Shown: piece by piece, positions 56,583-64,000 of the stretch
Layout: each line of letters starts with the position of its first letter
How positions within the stretch are numbered: the stretch's first letter is position 1
Assembly: GCA_937922745.1 (NCBI GenBank)
Contig: CALAJO010000005.1
Span: 1,991 to 65,990, forward strand
Length of the DNA stretch: 64,000 bases
Direction: 5' to 3'
From: an uncultured cyanobacterium
GTDB lineage: Bacteria > Cyanobacteriota > Vampirovibrionia > Vampirovibrionales > JAGQHJ01
Made by a program: the position numbers and the translations under genes
Notes under the pieces: generated by a model
Seen by the model: only the letters and a program-made list of their open reading frames with translations
What the model was told of the DNA's origin: nothing
Database searches by the model: none

Positions 56583-58514
56583 TTGGTGGAGAGCATAAAG
56601 GATTATGCCATCTTCCTGCTGGATGCCGATGGGTTGGTTAAAACCTGGAACACTGGGGCGGAGGCCATTAAAGGCTACTCCCAGGATGAGATCCTGGAGA
56701 AGTCATTCACGGTGTTTTATCGCCCGGAAGACCTTGCCGCCGGGAAGCCCTACAAGCTGCTAGACCGGGCTCGCACGGAGGGCCGGGTGGAAGACGAAGG
56801 CTATCGGGTTCGCAAGGATGGCAAACTCTTTTGGGCCGATGTCATTATCACGGCAATCAAGAACACAAAGGGTGATGTTATCGGCTTTTCCAAAATTACC
56901 CGTGATTTATCGGATCGACGGGCAACGGAAGAGGCATTGCGCCATTCCGAAGAGCGCTTCAGGATGCTGGTGGAAACCGTCAAGGAGTACGCCATCTTTA
57001 TGCTGGACCCTAACGGCCATATTATGACCTGGAATGCCGGTGCGGAAAGACTGAAAGGCTACAGCGAGAAGGAAATTATCGGCAAGCACTTTTCAATTTT
57101 CTATACCCAGGAAGACCTGAATCGCAACCATCCGGCAAACGAGCTTCAAATTGTCAAAGCGCAAGGGCAATACCAGGAGGAAGGCTGGCGGATTCGCAAG
57201 GATGGCTCTCCCTTTTGGGCCAATGTTACCATTACCGCCATTTATAACAGCCAAAGGGATTTAATCGGCTTTACCAAGGTCACCCGCGACCTGACGCAGA
57301 AACGCCAGGCAGATATTGCCCTTCAACTCTCCGAGCAGCGTTTTCGGCTCTTAGTGGATAGCGTAAGGGATTATGCCATTTACATGCTGGATACGGACGG
57401 CAAAATCGTAACGTGGAACAAGGGTGCGGAACGCCTTAAGGGGTATTCCTCCGATGAGATTATCGGGAAGCATTTTTCACTGTTCTATACTCCCGAGTCG
57501 CAGCAGATTAATTATCCTCAATATGAATTGCAGGTTGCCCGGAACGAAGGAAAATACGAAGAGGAAGGCTGGCGTGTTCGCAAGGACGGCAGCCGCTTCT
57601 GGGCGAATGTGGTGATCACCTCCATCGAGGATGAGTCAGGACAACTCCTGGGTTTTTCCAAGGTCACGCGGGATTTGACGGAACGGCGCCGCGCGGAGGA
57701 AAGATTGAAATATATGAATGAAAACCTGGAACTGCTGGTGGAGCAGAGGACCCGGGAATTGTTGGTTGAAAAGGCCAAAGCGGATGAAGCCAAGGAGGCG
57801 GCGGAACTGGCCAATAAACGCAAGGATCAGTTCCTGGCGAATATGTGCCACGAGACGTTTACCCCGATGAACCATATTCTAGGCTTTGCGGAAATGATTA
57901 AAAGCGAGATGGCCGGCCCACTGAGTGAGAAACAGCAGGTTTATATGAATAATATTGTCGACAGCTCCAAACACCTGCACGAGTTGTTGCAGGATATGCT
58001 GGACATCACCAAGATCCAGGAAGGCAAGCTGACTTTATACTATGAGGATTTCGAAGTCGGTGCGGTGCTGGATGAAGTCAATGCCCTGGTGCAGGAGCTG
58101 GCCTCCAGGTATGAGGTACACCTGGTTTACCGGATTGAGCCGGAAGTGGACAAAATCTCCGCAGACCGAAGACGGTTTAAGCAGATACTTATTAATCTCA
58201 TGACTAACGCCATTAAATACAACAAGCCAAATGGCTGGGTCAAAGTTAGTATTTCCCAATCCGAGAACAAGCAATGGCTGATGGTCGACGTGAGCGACTC
58301 CGGGATTGGGATTAGCGAAGAGATGCTCCCAGAGATTTTTAATCCGTTTTTCCAGGTCGATCCCTCATTTTCCCGCAAGCGCGAAGGTTCCGGCTTAGGG
58401 GCCGCAATTGCCAAGCATCTGGTGGAGTTGCATCAGGGCGCCATTCAAATCAGCAGCAAAAAGGATGTGGGCACAACCGTTAAATTTTCCTTGCCGCTGG
58501 TCAATTCCAATTAA
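56583..58514 (+). CDS. sensor histidine kinase with three tandem near-identical PAS domains (PAS-PAS-PAS-HisKA-HATPase_c)
   Basis: Three 126-aa PAS units (YAIFMLD..G.I.TWN.GAERLKGYS...GWR.RKDGS.FWANV) and H-box MCHETFTPMNHI. TTG start per ORF track. Confidence 0.85.
   Translation: MVESIKDYAIFLLDADGLVKTWNTGAEAIKGYSQDEILEKSFTVFYRPEDLAAGKPYKLLDRARTEGRVEDEGYRVRKDGKLFWADVIITAIKNTKGDVIGFSKITRDLSDRRATEEALRHSEERFRMLVETVKEYAIFMLDPNGHIMTWNAGAERLKGYSEKEIIGKHFSIFYTQEDLNRNHPANELQIVKAQGQYQEEGWRIRKDGSPFWANVTITAIYNSQRDLIGFTKVTRDLTQKRQADIALQLSEQRFRLLVDSVRDYAIYMLDTDGKIVTWNKGAERLKGYSSDEIIGKHFSLFYTPESQQINYPQYELQVARNEGKYEEEGWRVRKDGSRFWANVVITSIEDESGQLLGFSKVTRDLTERRRAEERLKYMNENLELLVEQRTRELLVEKAKADEAKEAAELANKRKDQFLANMCHETFTPMNHILGFAEMIKSEMAGPLSEKQQVYMNNIVDSSKHLHELLQDMLDITKIQEGKLTLYYEDFEVGAVLDEVNALVQELASRYEVHLVYRIEPEVDKISADRRRFKQILINLMTNAIKYNKPNGWVKVSISQSENKQWLMVDVSDSGIGISEEMLPEIFNPFFQVDPSFSRKREGSGLGAAIAKHLVELHQGAIQISSKKDVGTTVKFSLPLVNSN
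56586..57720 (+). repeat. three tandem repeats of about 378 bp encoding the PAS modules of the kinase
   Basis: Protein-level units at aa 2-127, 128-253 and 254-379 are roughly 50-60% identical. Confidence 0.5.
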
Positions 58515-58776
58515 TTCTTCAATGATTAATTATTCTAAAACTATTCCGGCGGCATAAAGCGCGCAGAAGCAGGCAAAATGCCATTGCGAACCACATCTTT
58601 CCCGCTCCGCCCTTAATTATGAGAATAGGCGCCAATTATACGCTTGTTTCCCGCGCATTAAATATATCCGCCTGCGAAAATACAAAGTTCTAACCACCTG
58701 TCGAATACTGAGCCGTATGAACAACTGCTATAGTGGCAGTTACAGTATTGTGCGTCGTAAGGAATTGATATCGAAC

Positions 58777-59076
58777 ATGATGAACTTTAAAAATATGGCC
58801 GTCCTCTCCGTTTTGTGCCTCAGCCTGGCTGGCCTGAGCGCCTGCTCTAGATCGGATAATCAAACCACGGGCGAAGCCCCGGTTGATAAGCCGGTTGTGG
58901 GCAGCGAGCAGACGGAAGAGTATGCCGAAAAGCCTGTTAGCGTTGAAAACAGCGACACCGACCCCTACACCGGCACCCGTGATGAGAAAAACTATGTTGG
59001 CAAACATCCCATTGCAGAGGATCAGACCGCTGCCGAAAAGATGGGCGAAGGCCAGGATAGCAAAAGCCAGCATTAA
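58777..59076 (+). CDS. small acidic lipoprotein, hypothetical
   Basis: Lipobox LSAC after a signal peptide, then an acidic low-complexity mature region. Confidence 0.5.
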   Translation: MMNFKNMAVLSVLCLSLAGLSACSRSDNQTTGEAPVDKPVVGSEQTEEYAEKPVSVENSDTDPYTGTRDEKNYVGKHPIAEDQTAAEKMGEGQDSKSQH

Positions 59077-59123
59077 ATTTACCTTTGCGGATAGTATGAA
59101 ATTAGAAAAAGAGGAGATAAACC

Positions 59124-59690
59124 ATGGTTTGGGATGATCCAAGTCGTAAAATCGTTTGTGGTATTTTCCATTCGGATCGGGATGTCGAGAAATTGCTTTC
59201 CCGACTGGAAGACAGAGGCTTTGGCGATACCGACGTCAGCATGATGATGTCGGATAAAACCCGGGAGCGCTATCCGGAGTTGTCCAAATCGTCCAAGTTG
59301 CCGGAAGGGGCTGCAACTGGGGCATTAACCGGCGGCTTGCTGGGCGGGCTCATTGGCGGCCTTACCATGGCCGGCAGCGTCTTGATTCCAGGGGCGGGGC
59401 TGCTGGTTGCAGGGCCCATCGTGGGCGCACTAACCGGTGGTGCGGTAGGCACCTCTACCGGCGGGCTGATTGGCGCACTCATCGGCGCCGGCATACCGGA
59501 GCATGAAGCCAAGCACTACGAGGAAAGCCTGAAAAACGAAGGCAACATCCTGGTGGTGGCGCATGTGGATAAGGAAGAAGTTCAGGAAGTGCGCGATCTC
59601 TTCCGCTCCAACGGCGCGGATAACATTGACGTGCGACTGGAAGACCCCAGCGCACGGCGCGAAACCCCTTTATATTCCCGCGATATTTAA
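59124..59690 (+). CDS. general stress protein 17M/YflT-like with central glycine-zipper membrane segment
   Basis: Strong RBS AAAGAGGAG. Two YflT-like half-domains (KIVCGIFHSDRDVEKLLSRLEDRGF; NILVVAHVDKEEVQEVRDLFRSNGA) flank a Gly-zipper hydrophobic stretch. Confidence 0.6.
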   Translation: MVWDDPSRKIVCGIFHSDRDVEKLLSRLEDRGFGDTDVSMMMSDKTRERYPELSKSSKLPEGAATGALTGGLLGGLIGGLTMAGSVLIPGAGLLVAGPIVGALTGGAVGTSTGGLIGALIGAGIPEHEAKHYEESLKNEGNILVVAHVDKEEVQEVRDLFRSNGADNIDVRLEDPSARRETPLYSRDI

Positions 59691-59741
59691 CTCTGGGAAT
59701 AAACAAGCCTTTTAGGAGCTGGCTGTCGGCCAGCTCCTTGT

Positions 59742-60200
59742 TTATGACTGGCTTTTCAATAGCCGGGTCAGTTCCCGGTCGAAGGCATTGGCAAACTGTT
59801 GCTTGTCCTTGTCGCCAAAGGGCTTGGGGCCACCCGTCTGCACGCCCGCGCCTCGCAGATCCGTCATAAAGTTGCGAATCGACAACCGCTCGCCGATATT
59901 CGCTTCGGTAAACAGCGTGCCATGCACGCTAATCACGGTGACGCCCTTGGGAACCAATATGGCGGCCAGCGGAATATCCTGCGTAATCACCAAGTCGCCC
60001 GGGATGGCGTTGTCGGCAATATACCGATCCGCAACATCCGAGCCCTGCGCCACGTGAACCAGGGACACGCACTCCGATTGCGGCACAAAGATGGCCTTAT
60101 TCGCCACAAATACCGTTTGGACGACCCGTTTATGCGCCGCCTTTACAACGATATCCTTAATAACACCGGGACATGCATCCGCGTCCACCCAGATTTTCAT
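59742..60200 (-). CDS. yaiI: YaiI/YqgV family protein (UPF0178)
   Basis: N-terminus MKIWVDADACP is typical of UPF0178. Confidence 0.75.
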   Translation of the reverse strand: MKIWVDADACPGVIKDIVVKAAHKRVVQTVFVANKAIFVPQSECVSLVHVAQGSDVADRYIADNAIPGDLVITQDIPLAAILVPKGVTVISVHGTLFTEANIGERLSIRNFMTDLRGAGVQTGGPKPFGDKDKQQFANAFDRELTRLLKSQS

Positions 60201-60265
60201 GGTTTACCTGCTCGTGCTTTGCTAAACAACAGTCTAGCAGAGACAACGAACACAAAAGCCATCAA

Positions 60266-60769
60266 TTACTGGGACTTGGCTAAAGCCGCCTTCATCTGTG
60301 GGGTGCAGCCTCCCCGCTGCTTCAGGGCCTCGCTGCTCATGCCCATGGAAACGCCGTGGAGCAGCCCCATGTAAGCCAGTTGCTTCTGGCTCCATGTTTT
60401 CTTGCTGCGCTCCTTGTCCATCATGCCAAGGAAGCCGGTCTTCCAGTCCAGGCCGCAAGCGTTCCTCATTTCGGAATAGATGCCCGTGTTAACAACCTGT
60501 TTTAAGACCGGCAAGGGTAAAATCGGCTTGGCCTTTTCCGCTGCGGTTTCCGGCGGAACAAAGGAGCCATCCGGAAGCTTGGCCATCGTAATCCTGGTTC
60601 TGGCAAACTCGGCAATCTTTAGCACCATTTCATCTTCCGTGGGTTTGGCGGCTTTGGCCGTTTGCGCGGCAGGCTTTGCGCCGGGCGCGACAGCCGACAC
60701 CGTATCGTTTGCCGTAAAGCCCAGTACCAAAATCAGGCCGGGCAGCGTGTGTTTTAATATCCAGTTCAT
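60266..60769 (-). CDS. secreted hypothetical protein
   Basis: Signal peptide present. No recognisable family. Confidence 0.45.
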   Translation of the reverse strand: MNWILKHTLPGLILVLGFTANDTVSAVAPGAKPAAQTAKAAKPTEDEMVLKIAEFARTRITMAKLPDGSFVPPETAAEKAKPILPLPVLKQVVNTGIYSEMRNACGLDWKTGFLGMMDKERSKKTWSQKQLAYMGLLHGVSMGMSSEALKQRGGCTPQMKAALAKSQ

Positions 60770-60809
60770 CTTGCAATCCTTCTGTTTAGCGTAATTTTGG
60801 GGCAGGTGG

Positions 60810-61205
60810 TTACTCGCAGACGTACTCCGCTTCCTTGGCCAGGATGCTGCCGTCTACAATAGGCTCGAACGTTTCATTTTCGTCGGCATCGGCATCAAGC
60901 AACAACTCGCCTTGGCGATCGTATATCGTCAGGTTTAGCTGGATGGATTTTTTTGCCTTGCAATCAATCCCGTGTTCCACAATGGCGGAATTGGCATCCG
61001 GTATATCTTTGCCGTAAATACCGCCCACATTCTCCTGGATTTCATCGTAGGTGCGGATGCCGTCGTCATCTTCTTTCAGCGTATCCAGGTCCACATAAAT
61101 CCGAGCCCCATCCACGGAGCCCACAAATACAATCTGCTTGGCCCAAGCCATTGCCGTTACCGACAAGCTCGCCAGAAGGAACGCCAAAACCAAGGGATGC
61201 TTCAT
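60810..61205 (-). CDS. secreted hypothetical protein
   Basis: Signal peptide MKHPLVLAFLLASLSVTAMAWA, then an acidic mature region. Confidence 0.45.
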   Translation of the reverse strand: MKHPLVLAFLLASLSVTAMAWAKQIVFVGSVDGARIYVDLDTLKEDDDGIRTYDEIQENVGGIYGKDIPDANSAIVEHGIDCKAKKSIQLNLTIYDRQGELLLDADADENETFEPIVDGSILAKEAEYVCE

Positions 61206-61381
61206 CGTGATTCACGCTTTCTCTCTTACAATGTGATTCCGTTGCCCCACCGTTTAACTTCAGGCAATCCGGTTAAAATGGGGCTATTTGGCATCGTATC
61301 AGCGAACCCCATTTTCCACAATTGTTTGTTAAATTTTATATTATAACTTTATAAATAAGGAGATAACGTAATAACTCAGCC

Positions 61382-61903
61382 CTAAGCAGCCTTGGCATAA
61401 TGCGCTTGGATTACAGGTAGAACCTTCTGTTTAATATGTTGTGCCGCGTGCGGAAAAAGCGTTTCTCTGATGAATTCACTATCCAGCCAGGCCCCGCCGC
61501 CGTGGAGCGCGCCAAAAACTTCAGCAAAGGCCTCTTTCCTCGAGCGTTTATCCTCATCGAATTTGGGAATAAAATAAAACGGTGTAATTTTGTCTTGCAT
61601 TGGCCAGCTATGCCCTTTACCCAAACTGTGATACGATCCGGAATAGGCTTGATAGCCAATTGGTAAAAGCTTTTTCTCGTAAATATTTTTCACATCCTTC
61701 ATCACGGCTTGCCTAAAGCCCTCTTGCTCTGAGAACAACTGTTTATCAGGCGTTAAGACCCTTCCCATATCATCCACAAAATGGCCAATCTCATGTCGAA
61801 GCGTCCCAATGGTATTAATAAGGCAGGACGGATATGTGAGAGCTGGACGGCGCCAAAACACACGGCAATCAGGGAAAACGTGGTTATTGGCCTTTCCAGC
61901 CAT
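61382..61903 (-). CDS. hypothetical HExxH zincin-like protein
   Basis: HEIGH motif with a downstream Glu. Start chosen at the Met 77 residues into the 249-aa ORF. The N-terminal part of that ORF is antisense to the acyltransferase gene and looks non-coding. Confidence 0.4.
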   Translation of the reverse strand: MAGKANNHVFPDCRVFWRRPALTYPSCLINTIGTLRHEIGHFVDDMGRVLTPDKQLFSEQEGFRQAVMKDVKNIYEKKLLPIGYQAYSGSYHSLGKGHSWPMQDKITPFYFIPKFDEDKRSRKEAFAEVFGALHGGGAWLDSEFIRETLFPHAAQHIKQKVLPVIQAHYAKAA

Positions 61904-63190
61904 TGGCGATAAAATCAGATCTGTGCGGTTGCCCTCTGGAAGAGACTGTGTTGAACCCGACCTTGAAACAGGAGTCGAACACTCCCTACTTGCCCAACCT
62001 AGACGCGATTCGGGGAATAGCGGCGCTGATGGTGGTTGTGCATCACCTGGAACGCTCCCGGTCCCTTCTAGGCTTTGCCCATTTTCTATGATGCCGGGAT
62101 ACTTGGCAACATGTTCAGGCATTTTGGGCATTATGCCGTAGTGACCTTTTTTATTTTAAGCGGTTTTTTAATTACGTATCTGCTGGCCCAAGAGCTTGGG
62201 CACAATGGTAAAATCAACTTAAAGCGCTTTTATACCCATCGGTTTAAGCGTATTGTACCACTCTATTTTGCCGTATTCCTAATCGCCTTTGTGCTGTTTC
62301 CCGCAATTGCCCCCATTTTCCCGTTCCACCCCTATTATGCCCAATTTATCCCGGCATTCGATGCGGATTGGCCTGTAAAAAGCCTGCTGTACCTGGCTTT
62401 TTTACAGCATACGGCTTCCATTGTTCTTTCGCCGATTCTCGCGGCAAACCAGGCGTGGTCCTTGCAATACGAGTGGTATTTTTATATGCTTTATCCGCTT
62501 GTTCTCTCCAAAGTGGGGCTTAAACGGATTCAGCCCGTATTGCTCCTTGGGCTGGCTTTATTTACGCTCTATCTTGCCGGCCACTATTACCATCTTTTCC
62601 AAACCTCCGGCCTCATCCGAAAGATTCCGTTTTATCCGTTATTCTTGGGATCCCTGGCAGGCGTTGTCGGCTATACCCTCAAGAATCGGGTTGTTGTACA
62701 GAAAACAAAACTGTTTCCATTTTTAACTTCCCGCCCCGCAATATTATTCCTGGTCGGTTGCTGGATTTTATTTTTCTTGTTGCCAGCCATCCCCGGTTGG
62801 TTGGACTTCTTGTTTATGGCCATGTCCGCTTTTTTAATCGCGAATTTTGCGTTACACAAAAAGCTGAACAATGCGCTGGAAGGGCCCACTTTAAAGTGGC
62901 TGGGACGCATTTCCTACAGTGTTTACATGCTTCATCCCGCCATCATATTTTTAACGTTTTCACTTTTCAGCCATTGGCTTCCCGCCACCTGGACGGCTTC
63001 TGTCGCACTCTGCACAGCACTCACTTATTTCACGGTTATTCCACTCACATTATTCCTGGCCCATCTGTCTTACCGGTCCATCGAAACCCCGCTCCGCAGA
63101 TCCTCCTGGAGGGGCTTTCTATTCGCCTTCGGGAAAAAAAACCCACTGCCTCAGTCATCCCAGTTTATCAGTTCCTCATCAGCGCAGTAG
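61903..63190 (+). pseudogene. acyltransferase family 3 (OatA/O-antigen acetylase-like) membrane protein, interrupted by a frameshift around 62072-62091
   Basis: The Acyl_transf_3 N-terminal motif LDAIRGIAALMVVVHH is in frame 1, which ends at TGA 62091. The continuation (FFILSGFLITY, 10 TM helices) is in frame 2, which opens at 62072. Confidence 0.55.
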
Positions 63191-63240
63191 AATATGAGCA
63201 ACTATTTGTATTCAGCGATTTTTATTAAGCAGGTTCGACA

Positions 63241-63690
63241 TTGCAAAGGAGTACCGATATGAACATAGGAAGTGTTACCCCAGCTTTTTCAGGCCGCTAC
63301 GGCATCGCGTTAAAAGGCCCGAAGTTTGCCAGCCAGCAACCTGACCAACGCATCCGTCCAACAATACATGACACGTTTGAGCAAATGATCATCGAATTGC
63401 TGCAAGGCAAATCAAATACCCTATCCCAAAAACTCGCCGTTGAAGACCCAGAGGTTACGCAATTATTATTCATAGGCAAAGCTGAAGTGTTGGCTAGGGA
63501 TTTTCGTGAGAAAGGAAAATTGCCGGGTCACATTCACGAAGCGCTGGCATTTGATTTGGGGTTTGAGGATCCCAAAACTACTTCAATCGAAGAAATCAGG
63601 GAAGCAGCAAGAAAGAGCCGCGAAAATCCAGACACTGGAATGGCCGGCACAATAGGCCCGACTTTAGCGAAATTTATCGGACTGGATTAA
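63241..63690 (+). CDS. hypothetical protein
   Basis: 149-aa ORF with no recognisable motif. Confidence 0.35.
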   Translation: MQRSTDMNIGSVTPAFSGRYGIALKGPKFASQQPDQRIRPTIHDTFEQMIIELLQGKSNTLSQKLAVEDPEVTQLLFIGKAEVLARDFREKGKLPGHIHEALAFDLGFEDPKTTSIEEIREAARKSRENPDTGMAGTIGPTLAKFIGLD

Positions 63691-64000
63691 ACATTATAAC
63701 CCCGTCGGTTAGGTTTCCGAGGTTTGATTTCAGCCATACCAATAGGGTCAGGATATGGCAGCTTGGCCCCTATTCAACTGGGGAAGAAATTGAACCCAGC
63801 CATCCTCTGGCCGACACATAATACGCTATTGCGTTTCAGCGTACCCAAAGCGCCAACAGGAGGGATCTTAGGATGGGGCTCTGGAGGGAAATTTGCATGA
63901 TGGACTTCTTGTTTTGAGGTTTTAAAGCGTCATCGCCCCATAACATCGCGCATGTTCTTTCTCTGCAAGGGCTAGGGCTTTACAAGCGGGCTAATATAAT

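Noticed and set aside
61904-62131. N-terminal 76 codons of the 249-aa minus-strand ORF (HExxH protein)
   Set aside because: This part is antisense to the acyltransferase-3 N-terminal coding region and is low-complexity. An internal Met 77 residues in gives a more plausible start.
1-64000. Search for CRISPR arrays, IS elements, transposases, integrases and prophage genes
   Set aside because: No direct-repeat/spacer arrays and no transposase, integrase, terminase or capsid-like ORFs were seen. AT-rich patches (2.8-4.2 kb, 43.1-44.9 kb, 48.5-52.2 kb) lack mobility genes, so they are not called as mobile elements.

Overview
This is a 64 kb, gene-dense bacterial chromosomal segment of about 55% GC with several AT-richer patches. 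I found no rRNA, CRISPR array, transposase or integrase. The window opens inside a pgpH-ybeY-dgkA housekeeping operon. A tRNA-Cys(GCA) with a near-consensus sigma70 promoter follows. The most notable block (about 4.5-22.2 kb) is a glycoconjugate island. It starts with a GT-C-like membrane protein. Next comes a GDP-type legionaminic/pseudaminic-like nonulosonic acid pathway: NeuB-family synthase, CMP-sugar synthetase, DegT aminotransferase, 4,6-dehydratase, CBS-nucleotidyltransferase (PtmE-like) and a hydrolysing 2-epimerase. This pathway has no hexapeptide N-acetyltransferase. It carries a sugar N-formyltransferase-like gene and two Gfo/Idh/MocA oxidoreductases instead. A 751-aa RTX-repeat protein and two paralogous GT-B-like proteins of 613 and 753 aa lie downstream. 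After that come lysine-pathway genes (asd, dapA), a histidine kinase coupled to an unusual REC*-GGDEF*-REC regulator, pcm, and a redoxin-2OG/Fe(II)-oxygenase fusion overlapping a catabolic-type threonine dehydratase. A second glycan locus follows: TPR-GT41 (OGT-like), TylF-like O-methyltransferase, GT2 (DPM1-like), an alpha/alpha-toroid-like protein and a flippase-like membrane protein. The remainder holds a GGDEF cyclase, an AMIN/TPR protein and an AT-rich patch with a zinc-ribbon RGG protein behind a near-consensus promoter and an HNH endonuclease. It also holds a 955-aa GHL10-like putative glycosidase, a block of secreted proteins with 11-residue Arg/Glu/Trp repeats, and a general-stress-like cluster (KGG, ChaB, YflT-like, YaiI) between two multi-PAS/GAF histidine kinases. 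The last gene is a frameshifted acyltransferase-3. All calls rest on reading the translated ORFs and the DNA by eye; no database search was run.
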